The notes beneath the pieces were generated by a model, which ran no database searches, had not been told where the DNA came from, and saw only the letters and a program-made list of their open reading frames with translations. Of a stretch of 64,000 nucleotides of DNA, positions 1-13,800 are shown in pieces. Every line of letters begins with the position of its first letter. Positions within the stretch are counted from its first letter, which is position 1. This DNA is from Scyliorhinus canicula (lineage: Eukaryota). The position numbers and the translations under genes are program-made. The stretch lies in assembly GCF_902713615.1 (NCBI RefSeq), contig NC_052162.1, positions 104,187,811 to 104,251,810 on the forward strand, given 5' to 3'.

Positions 1-1470
1 GGCCTTTATTTAAATAAGCACAGAAATAGAAGTCTGAGAATAGACATTGAGAGACAGAAATACAACAGGTATTTACCCACGAATAGACCACAGAAATAAC
101 CAGAGACATAACTGCACACAATACAACAAACTCCAATAATAATTGATATCTGGAATATTCCTGACAGTTTTTAGGAGAACATTGTAAAGATGATAACTGT
201 GTTGAAAATTTGTAAAGTCTCCTTCAATCTCAGTATATAGTAGCATTCTAAGTACGTGTGTGGCGTTTCCTGTATTTGCTCCCTTTCTGCACCTATTTGC
301 ACTATGCCTTGGTCCCCAATGTTAGATCAATGTCTTTACCTTACAACGTGAAGATAATATCTCAGCAACATTTTATCTCAACCCTATTCAATGACCGCAA
401 ACAAATAGATTGGGGTTTGTAGAGGGAAGTTTCCTCTGATCTGTGCCTCGTGTATTCAGAAACGTGTGTGTATTTAATGGGATAGCCACGAGTCTTTGTA
501 TATAAACAGGCTTGCACCTGCTTTGTGCAAGGTGCATAATACCCTGGGTATTATGTTTAAATGTTTATTCCGCATCTAACACGTGCCCTTACAGGTTGAA
601 AGAGTTTGATCGGATTGTGTAGTAGGAGCTTGCGGTACCTGTCCTGGGCGTGTCAGCACAACAGTGTAGAGGGAGAGTTTTTTGTACTATCCAGCGTCAT
701 ACATGCGCTGTGAGAAGTTGTGAGTGCAGTCAAGAGGAATGATTTCCCAATTCCACGTTTCTCCCAATGCAGAGGAAGTTTTACTGTATGCTTAAACTAC
801 CACTTAGCTGCATTGTACACTGAATCTGTTTATATAACTTTAGACAATCTTGCTGCTAACATACAGAGGGCTACATATCTGTTTATAGTAATATATTGTC
901 GACATATAATTAGTAACGTGGTAAGTCATGGTTCTGCTTATTTTATTTTATACTCTCTCGGTTAATATTGAATTAGATCATGCCTAAACCTGTTGGAAAC
1001 GAGTGAGGATCTTCTGATGCAACACAAACATATGACGATGGAAACAGAGACTATGCAGTTCTTTTAATTTATTTGCTCACACTGTTAAGAGCAGTGTGAG
1101 AAATACAAATTGAGTACACATCAGGTATAGGTACATTTGTACTTTCAACCTTGCTTGCACAAATCAACACACAGTCCGGCAACGCACAAATATGTCACTT
1201 CACGAAAGCTCCCAAAGGCTTTTGGAGTAACTGGTCTTTTTCTACCTGTCATTAACCTACTTTCCAGCTGAATATCGGGGGTGGGTAAACTGCCCTTGGT
1301 TATAGAATGGTCAGTGTAACATCACTTTCTACACACGAATAGTACAGGTATCGGGAAAATGTGATAATGGGACCTCTGGATTGACGCCAGGTTATGAAAT
1401 CTCAATCCAGCAGAATGCACCGTGGCAGGGATAACGTCTTGCTAAATAGCATCTCAACTGCCTCTATCAG

Positions 1471-2558
1471 CTAATGAATACGTAAACCTCCACAGAATCA
1501 TGGAATTACAGTGCAGAAGGATTGCCATTCGGCCCATCTAGTCTGCAGCGGCCCTTGAAAGAGCTCACACCTCCATCCTATTCCGTAACCTAGTAAGCCA
1601 ACCTAACCGTTTACTTGAAACACTGAGGGCAAGTTAGCATGGTAAATCCACCGAACCTGCACATCTTTGGACTTGGGAGGAAAACCGGAGCTCCCTGAGG
1701 GAAACCCCACAAAGATACAGGGAGAACGTGCAACTCCACACAGACAGTGGCCCAAGCGCGAGAATCGAACCGGGGGTCATAGAATTTACAGTGCAGAAGG
1801 AGGCCATTCAGCCCATCGAGTCTGCACCGGCTCTTGGAAGGGTCCCTACCCAAGGTCCACAAATCCACCCTATCCCCATAACCCAGTAACCCCAAACCAA
1901 CACTAGGGCAATTTTGGCACTAAGGGCAATTTATCATGGCCAATCCACCTAACCTGCACATCTTTGGACTGTGGGAGGAAACCGCAGCACCCAAGGAAAC
2001 CCACGCAGACACGGGGAGGACGTGTAGACTCAGCACAGACAGGACCCAAGCCGGAATCGAACCTGGGACCCTGGAGCTGTGAAGCGATTTCGCTTATCCA
2101 CAATGCTACCGTGCTGTGAAGCAATAGTGCTAGCTACTGTTGCTACCGTGCCACGGTCCATGTTGAATTCAACTTGGAAGAACTGAGGAACTTCAATGCC
2201 AATGAAGTCCATAGCAAAATTATTGATCGAGCTGGTCGAGTCGTAATGGACCTCGGTACGAAACCAATTTGGTGAGTGTACCATGAACCGTAAAACCATA
2301 TGAGAACGGCACTAATTGCTTAATCTCATACAGCTACATATGACCTCGACATGATCGGTGGAGCTAACCTCCACAGAATATTTATTGTACAGTGACCAGT
2401 ATTCGCTCTACCATATCATCCGTCGTGTTATGCGGGTGTTGCTACGTTTTATCAGGGAAAACTTCAAAGTACACCTATCTGCAAAACGCTCAGTTACTGA
2501 GGTCATGAGCACCAGAAACAATGTACGACATCTGCTGTTCTGCTTGAAAACTGCCTAA
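1471..2558 (+). pseudogene. Candidate two-exon fragment of an unidentified gene, first exon split by nested SINEs
   Basis: AG at 1469-70. Segments 1471-1495 and 2155-2271 join in frame once the SINEs are removed (NEYVNLHRVHVEFNLEELRNFNANEVHSKIIDRAGRVVMDLGTKPI). Donor TTG|GTGAGT at 2272. Acceptor at 2391-92, then a phase-compatible exon 2393-2558 (DQYSLYHIIRRVMRVLLRFIRENFKVHL...TA*). No family recognised. Confidence 0.3.
1496..2154 (-). mobile_element. tRNA-derived shark SINE (HE1/V-SINE type) containing a nested second copy at ~1779-2124
   Basis: Reverse-complement head GTGGCACGGTAGCAACAGTAG ends at 2154, followed by the V-SINE core and a CR1-like tail. A second complete copy interrupts it after ...GGGGGTC at 1778. 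Confidence 0.85.
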
Positions 2559-4106
2559 GGCAACACATGGTTGATAAACGATTGAAATTTACTTACTCTT
2601 CTTCTTATTCCCCGAACAGCCTCAGTGACTAGGGGGGTCACAATTTCAAGATGGTCAGCAAGGGAGCGAGAAGTGAGATGAGGTGAAACTTCTTTATTCA
2701 GTGAGTTGTTGGAGTTTCGAATGCATTGCCCGGGAGAATGGTGGAGGTGGATTCCATGGGAGGTTTCAAATGAGAGCTGGATATATATTTGAAAGTGATG
2801 AATTTCGAGGGTCACAGATATAGGACTGGGGAATGGGGCCAACTAGGTTGCTATCTTTTTCAGAGGACGATGTGCCTAATGGCCTCCTTCTGTGCTGTAA
2901 ATAACAAACAGGCTAAACAAACGAGATACATATTGGCAGAATTCATCCCTTTCTGAACAGTCTGAAACCAGATAGGTTTTTTAGGCAATCGACCATGGCT
3001 TCACTGTCATTATTTGGAATTTTAATTTTAGATTGTTATTAAATTTAAATTTAATCAACTAGCACGGTTGAATTCAAACCCGAAGCAATCAGATCAGGAC
3101 CCTGGATCTCTGGTTGACTAGTCCAGTGACAATACTGAGCTCTCCCTCTGAATGGAATTTGATCTGTTCACCTTCTCTTGGGCACATTAGGAACGGAGAA
3201 TAGATAATAGCCATGGTAAATATTTCCACATAAAATGATTGAAAAGTCACAACTGAGGTAGTTTCTAATGTAAAATAAGCCGTGGCACCCGTATAATGTG
3301 CGATGGCAGTGGTTCTTTCGCATATGTTCTGGCAACCATCATGCACTGCCACTTGGTGTACAATTATTGTTATCACACCTAATGTGAAATGTCGATGTTA
3401 GTCCTGGTGTTGATACGAATGTATGAAGAAAAAAGGTGCACTTCAACACACTTCGAATAAAATGAAATTAAATATTATAAAGGAAATATCCGGAAAAGCA
3501 AGTTCAACTTTGTGGATTCAACTTGCAAACATTATCAATGATGTGTTCTGTGCAAAGACACAATTACAGATGCAAATAAAAGCATGCACACACTTTCGGA
3601 AGACCTATGCCACAATCAGCTGACACAGCAAAGGAAAATATCAAAATCCACAGGAAAGGTATAATTAGCATCAACATTTCCTGGAAAATAACCAGAGTCC
3701 AACATATTTCGCAAATCCATAAACTTCAGCAGAATTATTCTTTATGCAGATTCACATGAACTGCCGGGTACTCCGGTTCACCTTTAGTAATGCCCTCACT
3801 CCAATTCACCTTTATGAAATTGTTGCAATATCTGGGCCGTCCTTGCACCACTAATATTATTGGCATAATACCTATGCAATTAGAAATTTCACGAAGGCTA
3901 TAAACAAGACCAAACGTATTTTTAAAACAATAAATAACTGCATCCTCCCACATAATCATTAATTATTTTTGTACGATGAGATAGGTATCTTCCTTTATCT
4001 CTTTATTCTGTCGAACGTAAAAATATAATGCAGTGATAAGTAAGTCTGGCCATAGGCTGAAAAATGCTACAAAGGTGCCTAGTGCAATAATAACAGAAAA
4101 ACGGGT

Positions 4107-4565
4107 CTTAGAACATAGAACAATACAGCACAGAACAAGCCCTTCGGCCCTCGATGTTGTGCCGAGCCATGATCACCCTATTCCAAACCCACGTATCCAC
4201 CCTATACCCGTAACCCAACAACCCCCCCCCCCCGAAAAATGCTACAAAGATGCCTAGTGCAATAATACAGAAAAATGGGTCTTAGAACATAGAACAGTAC
4301 AAGCCCTTCGGCCCTCGATGTTGTGCCGAGCCATGATCACCGTATTCAAACCCACGTATCCACCCTTATATTACGGGCAATTTAGCATGGCCAATCCACC
4401 TAACCCGCACATCTTTGGACTGTGGGAGGAAACCGGAGCACCCGGAGGAACCCACGCAGACACGGGGAGGACGTGCAGACTCTGCACAGACAGTGACCCA
4501 GCCGGTAATCGAACCTGGGACCCCGGAGCTGTGAAGCATTTATGCTAACCACCATGCTACCGTGG
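4107..4565 (-). mobile_element. HE1-type SINE (4283-4565) plus an adjacent SINE 3' tail fragment (4107-4235)
   Basis: Reverse complement of the consensus seen at 8502-8854, with (AGAACAT)n tails. Confidence 0.85.
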
Positions 4566-4584
4566 TCTTGCATAATATGAATAG

Positions 4585-5520
4585 AACATAAAACATTACA
4601 GCGCAGTACAGTCCCTTCGGCCCTCGATGTTGCGCCGACCTATGGAACCAAAGCCCATCTACACTATTCCCTTATCATCCATATGTCTATCCAATGACCA
4701 TTTGAATGCCCTTAGTGTTGGCGAGCCCAAGTTTTACAGGCTTGGGTTATTTTCGCTGGAGCAGAGAAGATTGAGGGGGACCTGATCGAGGTTTTGCAAG
4801 ACTTTGAGTGGTATGGACAGGTTGGATAGGGTGCAACTGATTCGCTTCGTTTGGAGGGGCACAAGGCACAAGGTCAAGGGAAGGAGCAGGTAGTTTCGTG
4901 GAGAATGTGAGGAAAAACCGTTTTACAAAGTGACGGTGGTGACAGTCTGGAATGCACTGCCTGGAAGGGTGGTGCAGGCGGGTTGCCTGACATATATTAA
5001 AAAATACGTGGATGAGCAAATGGCACGTCATAACAGTCTATGGGCCAAGTGCCGGAAAATGGGATTAGGTAGATAGGTCAGATGTTTTTCATGCGTCGGT
5101 GTGGACTCGGTGGGCCGATGTCTGTGCTTTATTATTCGTTAATTCTGCGATTCTATATAAAATACTAAAAGAGATTGATAAAGTAAACGTTGACCACCTG
5201 TTCCTCCTTGTGGGGCGATCTTGAACGAGGGGCCACATAGGTTGAGAGGCGATACATTTAAAACTGAGATGAGGAAGAACTACCTCTCTCGGATGGTGGT
5301 GAATTTGTAGAACTCGCTGGCCCATAGTGGGGTCACGTTTGAATCATTAAATGGTTTCAAGAAGGAGCTATTTCTGTTTGTTTTAAAGAAACGGGTTAAA
5401 GGGAGATGGTGGATCGGCAGAGGGGTGGATTTGAGACGAGGAAGAGATCAGCCATGATCTGATTGAATGGTGGAGAAGTTCGAAGGGCTGAATTGCATAG
5501 TTCTGCTTCTAATTTCTATG
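4585..5520. mobile_element. Cluster of CR1 LINE 3' fragments (4585-4720 minus; 4723-5130 and 5173-5520 plus)
   Basis: Encodes remnants of the CR1 ORF2 C-terminus ([16 protein letters not shown]-type) and CR1 3' UTR stem-loop tails. Confidence 0.75.
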
Positions 5521-5559
5521 ATCCTTTGTTAAAGACCTGCTTGTTAAGTAAATTGGACA

Positions 5560-5690
5560 TTCCAAATTCTCCCTCATTATCCGAACAGGCCCCAGACTGT
5601 ATGTTGACTGAGGGACTTTTCACAGTAACTTCATTGCAGTGTTAATGTAAGCCTACTTGCTAATACACAAACAAAGCTTATTATTATTCA
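5560..5690 (+). mobile_element. 3' part of a second SINE-like family with an AATGTAAGCCTACTTG...(ATT)n tail. Other copies: ~38035-38340 (+), ~36262-36425 (-), ~55768-55953 (-), ~59842-59958 (-).
   Basis: The same tail sequence recurs at several positions in both orientations. The 38035 copy also has the V-SINE core. Confidence 0.6.
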
Positions 5691-6369
5691 CGTGAGAAAC
5701 AGTAAATGATAGCGAGACATTTACACTGGCAACAGGAACAACCTTTAGTCGCCAGGTGCCAGTGCTATTGTGACTGCTTACATGCAAAAGGGACACTCGT
5801 TGTCTCGGTAATATCCTCCACAGCACGTCGAAGTTGATATCAGAACTTTATTCACATATACCAGTTAATCTTAATTCACAGATGCGGGCATCGCTACTGA
5901 ACACGTGTATTGTCCCCCCGTCCCCCGTCAATTACCTTTGGAAGTATGGACAAGGGGATGTTCAAAACAACTTCATTGCACTGTTAATAATCAACTTGTG
6001 ACAATAATAAAGATTATTATTAGTACGAGTAGTAGTAGGTGTTGTTAAGCGTCCTTGAGACGCTGTGGTTCAAGCCCAACAGTGCTCTGAAGAAAGGAGT
6101 TCTAAGATTTTGGCTCAGTGACAAACAAGAAAATGCAACCGATCTGAAAATCATGATATTTTCCGTGAATTGCAGAGGCATTTGAATGGGGTGCAGTTAT
6201 CATTCACTGCTGTCCTTTACTTTCTTCATTACAGATCTCTCGCAGTTCGAGGATGTGGTCGAAGGATTTCCCAGAATGTGATCATAAAAGTCCATTGTGT
6301 GGAAAACAAAACGAAAGAATATGCGAACAGTCTCCTTGAACAGAACAATTAACAGATCTTTGAAATAAG

Positions 6370-7870
6370 TGGTCAAATCTCTCAAGGGTTGATAGGTATA
6401 AATGGGCGGTATGTACGTCGAGAGATTTCAGAGAGTCAAGGGGTAGATGTGATTGTAGTGGTCATCGCTATGGAGAAGGTGCTAGGGAAAATGAAATGTC
6501 TGAAGGTTGTAAACCTCCAGAACCGGATAGACTACACTACGTGATTATGAAGGAAGGAGATTGTAGAGGCATTGATGGTGATCTTTCAGGAATCACTGGA
6601 TACAGGGTTATCCTCTTCCCATTCATATAATTATACAATATTAATGGAAAGAGGATAAACTCGGAAAGAGTACGGAAATAAGCCAAAACTTTCTCAGATC
6701 CCCTCTTTGCTCTCCTAATTTTTTTCTTATGCTCCTTTTTCTTAAGCTTCACCTGCACTTTTTGTACTCCACTGATGCCTCCGTTAATTTATACTTGCTC
6801 CCCTTTACTCACAAAATGCATTTATTTTCTTTCTCATCGTATCCTGAATGACTCTAGTTATCCTTAGTTCTCTGGGCTTGTTACACCTTCTACCCTCGAG
6901 TGAACATGTTGGGCTGCGCCCTCCCCATTACCATTTTGAACGCCTCCGACTGCTTCTCTATAAATGTCACTCCTGTATCCTTCTCCTTTCTCGTATGATC
7001 TTATCGTCTTATGTTATACAGGGCTCTGTCAAACAAATTAGTACTCTGCGCCACCTGTAATTTCGCCTCGCCTCAGCTTCTGTTAATACAGCAGTAAAAC
7101 ATGTTTATATTGCACACTATCATATCCAAATTATATCACATGAAGCCCTATCACATTTATTTCTGCATCGCCATATGCCTCCACTTACATTGCATGTGAT
7201 TATCTCCGTGTTTATATTCTACGTGGTGTGACATAATTTTCAATGCACTAAGATGGTTATAATGCACCAGATCATGATTCATTTTGGAAGGAATAACGGG
7301 AAGACAGAGTACTGGGCTAATGGGAAGATTCTTGGTAGTGTGGATGAGCAGAGTGATCTCGTTGTCCATGTACATAGATCCCTGAAAGTTGCCACCCAGG
7401 TTGAGAGTGTTGTTAAGAAGGCGTACAGTGTGTTATCTTTTATTGGTAGAGGGATTGAGTTTCGGGGCCATGAGGTCATGTTGCAGCTGTACAAAATGCT
7501 GATGCGGCCGCATTTAGAGAATTTCCTGCAATTCTGGTAGCTGCATTAGAGGAAGAATGTGCAGCATTGGAAAGGGTGCAGAGGAGATTTACCAAAATCT
7601 TGCCTGGTATGGAGGGAAGATCTTATGAGGGAAGGCTGATGGTCTTGAGGCTGTTTTCGTTAGAGAGAAGAAGGTTAAGAGGTGACTTAATTGAGGCATA
7701 CAAGATGATCAGAGGATTAGATAGGGTGGACAGTGAGAGCCTTTTTCCTCGGATGGTGATGTCAAGCACGAGGGGACATAGCTTTAAATTGAGGTGAGAT
7801 AGATGAGGACAGATGTAAGAGGTCGGCTATTTACTCAGAGAGTAGTAAGGGCGTGGAATGACCTGTGTAA
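6370..7870. mobile_element. Degenerate CR1 fragments (main piece 7260-7870, + strand, RT C-terminal region)
   Basis: ORFs 7253-7540 and 7567-7797 read ...YSVLSFIGRGIEF...LMRPHLE... and ...[18 protein letters not shown]..., typical of CR1 ORF2. Confidence 0.75.
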
Positions 7871-8501
7871 TACAACTAAGAGAACCGCATCATTGGTTGT
7901 GAGGGGAACTGAATGAATAAAGGGAGGTTTAGCTTCATTGGTACAGGGGAGTAGAAGGTTTGGTGTTTGAACGTTCTCACCGTGTCTGATTGGGTTTCCT
8001 TCGGGTGCTCCGGTTTCCTCCCACAGTACAAAGATGTGCAGGACAGGTGGATTATCCATGCTAAATTTCCCCTTCGTCTCTAACAGGTTAAGTCGTGTTA
8101 TTGGGTTGTGGGGATAGTGTGCATGCCTGACCTCACGTAGAGTGAGCTATTTCAGAAGGTCGTTGCAGAATCGATGGGCCGAATGGCCTTTTTCTGCACT
8201 GCGGGGATTCTAAGACAATACTTGAAGGCAGTGCATTATTGGTAACCTTATTTAAGGAACGCCGGAAAGGCGTTGGAAATGGGTCAGGAGAAGTTTACTA
8301 GGCTAGCAGGAATGGGCGGGTTCGCTTATGATGAAGTTGGAACAGTCTACGCTGGTATCAACCGGAGTTTAGAAGAGAACGAGGCCACTTAATTGAAGCA
8401 CATACAATCCTGAAGGGTTTTGAAAATCTGGATGTCGAGAGGATGTTTTCTCCTGCGGGAGAATCTAGAATTAGGGGCCACTGTTAAAGAAATTTACTTT
8501 T

Positions 8502-8854
8502 GGGCAGCAGGGTAGCATGGTGGTTAGCATAAATGCTTCACAGCTCCAGGGTCCCAGGTTCGATTCCCGGCTGGGTCACTGTCTGTGTGGAGTCTGCACG
8601 TCCTCCCCCTGTGTGCGTGGGTTTCCTCCGGGTGCTCCGGTTTCCTCCCACAGTCCAAAGATGTGCGGGTGAGGTGGATTGGCCATGCTAAATTGCCCGT
8701 AGTGTCCTAATAAATGTAATGTTAAGGGGGGGGGGTTGTTGGGTTACGGGTATAGGGTGGATACGTGGGTTTGAGTAGGGTGATCATGGCTCGGCACAAC
8801 ATTGAGGGCCGAAGGGCCTGTTCTGTGCTGTACTGTTCTATGTTCTATGTTCTA
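8502..8854 (+). mobile_element. Full-length HE1-type tRNA-derived SINE
   Basis: A box TAGCATGGTGG, B box GGTTCGATTCC, V-SINE core, and CR1-derived tail GGGCCGAAGGGCCTGTTCTGTGCTGTAC(TGTTCTA)n. Confidence 0.9.
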
Positions 8855-9029
8855 AATGAAGTGGGGTAAGTGTGTGTATGAGGTGGAGGTGGGGGTGGGG
8901 GTGGGGTGGGGGGGGGGGGGGGTAGCAGCGATTAGGGACTTTATGTTCTGTTAAATCGTCTTAAATGTTTGAAGCTTCATGAAAAGTTTGGTAATTTTAA
9001 AGTGGATTGGACAGACCCTAAATGTACAA

Positions 9030-10860
9030 AGTGGAGATGTCCGCTGCAGAAATAAGAGTGGGACTGCCAAATTTAGGCCCAACTGTCTTTCTAGAGGAAC
9101 ATAAGGGAAAATCAAACAGTAAAATGAAGCGTACGATAGGCATAAACAACTGAGCACTGCAGATATCCTAGACGAGTGTAGAAAGTGCAGGGGCAAAGTC
9201 AGAAATTAAATAAGGAAATGAAAGAGAGGGCATGAAAAAGATTAGCAAGTAAAGTTAAAGAAAACCCGTGTGCCACCAACAAAGCAATGGTAAAAGGTTA
9301 GTTATGGAAATAATGGGAATTATCACAGATGAAGAACGGGACTTGTGTGCAGATGCAGAGACTGCGGGAAGGGTTTTCAATGACTATTTTGTCTCCGTGA
9401 TTACAAAGGAAGTGGAGGATGCAGGTAATATAGTCCAGGAGGAATAAGGTTAAGGGGGGGGGGGGGGGGGTGGTTGGATACGTGGGTTTGAGTAGGGTGA
9501 TCATTGCTCGGCACAACATCGAGGGCCGAAGGGCCTGTTCTGTGCTGTACTGTTCTATGTTCTAATACTGTGAGATACTGTGTGGGGTAATCATAAAAAG
9601 AGAGGAAGCACTCGAAGAATTGAAATATTTGGAAGTTGATAAAACGCCAACGCCAGATAGATTGTTTCCAAGGCTACAGAGGGAGGTCAGGGAGGAGATA
9701 GCAAATGCTCTGAGGATATTTTTCCAATCCTCACTAGACATCTAACAGGAATCGGAGGACTGGAGTAATGCAACGTGGTGCCATTGTTCAAAACGTGGTC
9801 GAAGGAAATGCCGAACAATTACAGGCCCGTTAGTTTTACATTAGTGGTAGACAAACTATCACATAGAAAGGGTTGGACTAATCAGGAATAGTCAGCATGG
9901 ATTTGGTAAAGGAAAGTCTTGCCTCACAAGTTTGATAGGCAGTGACAAGAAGGGTTGATGAACTGAGTGCAGTGGATGCGGTTTACCTGGATTTTAGCAA
10001 GATGTTTGACAAAGGCAAGACACTGAAAGCACATACAGGGTAACGTAGAAAACTGGAGAGAAAGTTGATTCGTAACAGGAAACAAAGGTCGATACCTGAC
10101 GTTGCATTTATACATTATATGTTACGATTTGGAAGTAAATGTAGGGAACTTTAGTGGAAAGTTTGCAAGCGGATACAAAGAAGATTGGCAGAGTGATGGA
10201 GAATGTAGAGGATAGCTGCAATCTTCAAAATTATATTGATGGGTTGGTGGAGTGGGCTATAAAGTGGCAGATGGAATTCAACACAGAGAAGTGTGAGGTC
10301 ATACATTTTAAAGGTCAAACAGTATTAGGGAATACACAATAAATTGGAATATAGTAAGAGAGATAGATGAAGTGAGAGATCTTGGCGTACAGGTACACAG
10401 GTCCCAAAAGGCGCAATTTCAAGTAGACAAGGTTATAAAGAAATCATATGTATTGCTCTCCTTCATTGGCAGAGGTATAGAATAAAAAAAATAAGGATAG
10501 ATTGATAGAACTGTATAAAACACTGGTCAGGCCTGGAATATTGTGTGCAGCTCTGATCGCCACATCACAGGAAGAACGTTATTGCTCTGGCGAGATTGGA
10601 GAGCAAGTTTCAAAATGCTTCCAGGGCTAGAAAACTGTAACCACTAGGAAGTATGGCATAGATTGGGATTATTTTCTTCGGAACGAAGAAGGCTGAGGGG
10701 AACTATAATTGAGGTGGACAAAATGATGAGCGGAACATTTAGGATGGACAGGAAAAACACGTTTCCCTACATGGAAAATTTCAGAACCAAGGGCATAGAT
10801 GCAAGATGCGTGGCAGAATGTGTAATGTGGATATGAGGAACGACCATTTTATGCAGAGGC
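9030..10860 (+). mobile_element. Old CR1 ORF2 remnant, interrupted by a SINE tail at ~9445-9565
   Basis: Decayed RT motifs (..[35 protein letters not shown]..) with many stops. Confidence 0.7.
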
Positions 10861-13800
10861 TAGCGGGAGTCTGGAATTAGATGGCAGCGAGGAGAGTTGC
10901 ACCAAGGTCCATGGAAGCCGAGCTTGAGACACTGCTGGATGCTGTGGAAGGGAAGCAGGCGTTTTGTTCCGGAGTGTGCGAAGGAGGATGCCAGCCGCGA
11001 CCATTCACTGTGCCTATTGCAGGTGACAGAGGCAATCAGCGCCATTAGCAACATGATGCGGCTCGGTCAGCAGTGCCAGAAAAACTGCACAACCTCCTCA
11101 GGGTGATGAGGCAGCTGTCCCCCTGGCAATACACACATGAGGGAAATAGATAGGATAGATGTGGGCAGGTTGTTTCCACTGACGAGTGAAAGCAGAACTA
11201 GGGGACATAGCCTCAAAATAAAGGGAAGTAGATTTAGGACTGAGTTTAGGAGCAACCTCTTCACCCAAAGGGTTGTGAATCTATGGAATTCCTTGCCGAG
11301 TGAAACAGTCGAGGCTCCTTCATTACATGCTTTTAAGGTAAAGATAGATAGTTTTTTTGAAGAATAAAGGGATTAAAGGTTATGGTGTTCGGGCCGGAAA
11401 GTGGAGCTGAGTCCACAAAAAATCAACCATGATCTCATTGAATGGCGGAGCAGGCTCGAGGGGCCAGATGGCCTACTCCTGCTCCTAGTTCTTATGTTCT
11501 TATGTTCTTATGTCACACATCCGTAACCATATCACTCCCCATCCTCCAGGCATCCAATCCCCCACCCCGCACTACATGCCGGCATCCAGACCCCCAGTCA
11601 TGGTCGGGTGCCCTGGCCAATGAATCCACCAACACCGAACTCCTAGGTTGCATGCATCGGACTGTTTAACACTTTGTGTTTCATGACCCCCATATCCCAG
11701 GAGAATACTGCCATAACCGGCGAGAGCGGCAGAAGACTGAAGGGGGACCGGCGGACCTGCAGCCCCTCACCGCAGCAGAGCAGCAGGCCGTGGACATGGT
11801 TGGCAGGCCGGAGGAAAGTGCAGTCATTGGGGTGGAGCTAGGTGCCGGGCGAGGAAATGAGACCCCGCTGAGTTGAGGTTCGCCATGATAAGTGTGACAC
11901 CCCCCAGTCCCCAAGAGCAACCCCATGCCACCCTCGCACTACCCTCATCCCCACACCACCCTCACACAAACACCACCGTCACCCTCGCCCCAGCTCCACA
12001 CACCCAGACACCTCCAAGGAGTTTTGCAGGAGTTGCTAGTGATGGGACGGGCTGTTCTGGTGGCCCCGCCTACAGCCAGAGCCATAGGCGTAGCGCAGCA
12101 ACAAGGATGATACCGACATGGACGTGAGCCATCTGCCCGTGACCAAGGCCACCCCAAAGCTCGAGTCCGTGGATGACACCAAATTGCCGTCACCGTCGTC
12201 TCCAACACACTCCTCCATCACAGAGACACTCACCTGGGTTGGGCATTTGGAGAAGAGGTTCCTGGGGCACTATCTGGTGCTCACTACACACATGTTCTGT
12301 ACATTAGGTGAAGGTAGGGACCTCCGACGGGGTGGGCTGTCAGAGGGACTGGCTACCATCCAGACCAGTTTCAGTCTTCTGGAACGGGCAGTCCCAATGA
12401 TTATTGAGATGCAGAGCCAGAGAATACATCTAGCACCGGCAGGAATCTAGCACCTGCAGGCTCAGGCGGAGACGTCTAACTAGCTGCAGGAGTAAGGAGG
12501 TCCTGCCGGTCGTGTGTACTACCCAGGCCAACACCGCAAGGGTTTGGTCTGCAATAATGGCCTTGGGGGTTAGAGTTTCAGCCATGGATTAGCATGTCCA
12601 AGGACTGGGTCAATCTGTGCCAAAGCTTACGGTAGGCCTGCCCTCCAAGAAGCAGCCATATGCCAGAGCCACCTGTACATTGCAGCTGCGGTCCTGAGCG
12701 TGACCCAGTTATAGCAGGCCATGTTTGAGGTTATTGGCAGCATTGCCCAGGTGCTAGCCGATATGTTGCAGACACAGAGTATGGTGGCAGCGTCCCAGAG
12801 GGACATGGCACATTCGCTGTCTGATATGGCACAGACCCATAAGCTCGTGGCACAGTGACAGTGTGATGTGGTGTAATCCCGAAGGAGGTGGTCCACTCCC
12901 GTGCTCCATTGCCGCCAAAATGTAGACTCTGGTACAGAATGCAGCAGACCTTCAGCACTGGCAGCGCCAAGTGGCGAGGGAGCCTTAGAGCATAGCCCCA
13001 TCCCTGGAGTAGTCAGGGGCCAACGTCAGGCACCATCACCTCCATCCCGAAGGAGGAGAAGATGATGGGGACCCTGCGGGTGATTCCTGTAGGAGAGGTG
13101 CCGCAACACAGCAGCACCTTGGACTCCACTCTCCTGTCACTGGTGCAATTGCTATGTAGCAGCCTGAACAGGGTGGAACCCAAGCAGCAGCCGGGCCCAT
13201 CCAGGCCCGGTTGCATCAGAAGATGGCGCCCAAAGAGGAGCTAGGTCACAGGGCGGGATTCGCACAGGGCACCTCTACTCCTGATGTACCATCTGGGAAT
13301 CCACCTGGACGTAGTGTTAGAGTCCGGACTGCCAGAAAAGTAGACATCTCTTCTGTGCAGGAAACAGTTTAGTGACAGGGAAGAGGGCACACATCTGGAT
13401 ATTTGTATTGACATTTAACACCTGAGCACAATGTTCCAACCTGCATCATGCTCTGCCGAATTGGTGTGGGGCGTGGGTTGGTTTGCTGTGGCGCAGAGAG
13501 GGCGCAGAGGGCTGAGGAATGGGCAGGAGATGCGGGTGTGTTTGGCTCAGGCACCCCAGCGGATCGATGTGACCATGTGATAGAATAAACAGCTTGTTTG
13601 CTGGGATTACCCAGGTTATCGATGAAAACTGCTACCGTGGGTAGGAGTCAGATGTTATGAAACAATGCGGAGCACCAGAGCTTGTCGCATGGACCAGGCT
13701 GCGAATCAAGGGCCATCACCCTGTAGTGCAGCAGTTGTGTATCACAAATGGGTTGCAGGCAAGGGGTAGCCGGGGCTGTGTGGCGGTGGGCTGCAATGTC

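Noticed and set aside
978-1124. Possible upstream exon of the 1471-2558 fragment (SCLNLLETSEDLL..)
   Set aside because: It has two in-frame stops, and its end phase is not compatible with the next exon.
8880-8923. G-rich tract (possible G-quadruplex)
   Set aside because: It is simple low-complexity sequence next to a SINE. Similar poly-G runs are part of the SINE body throughout the window.
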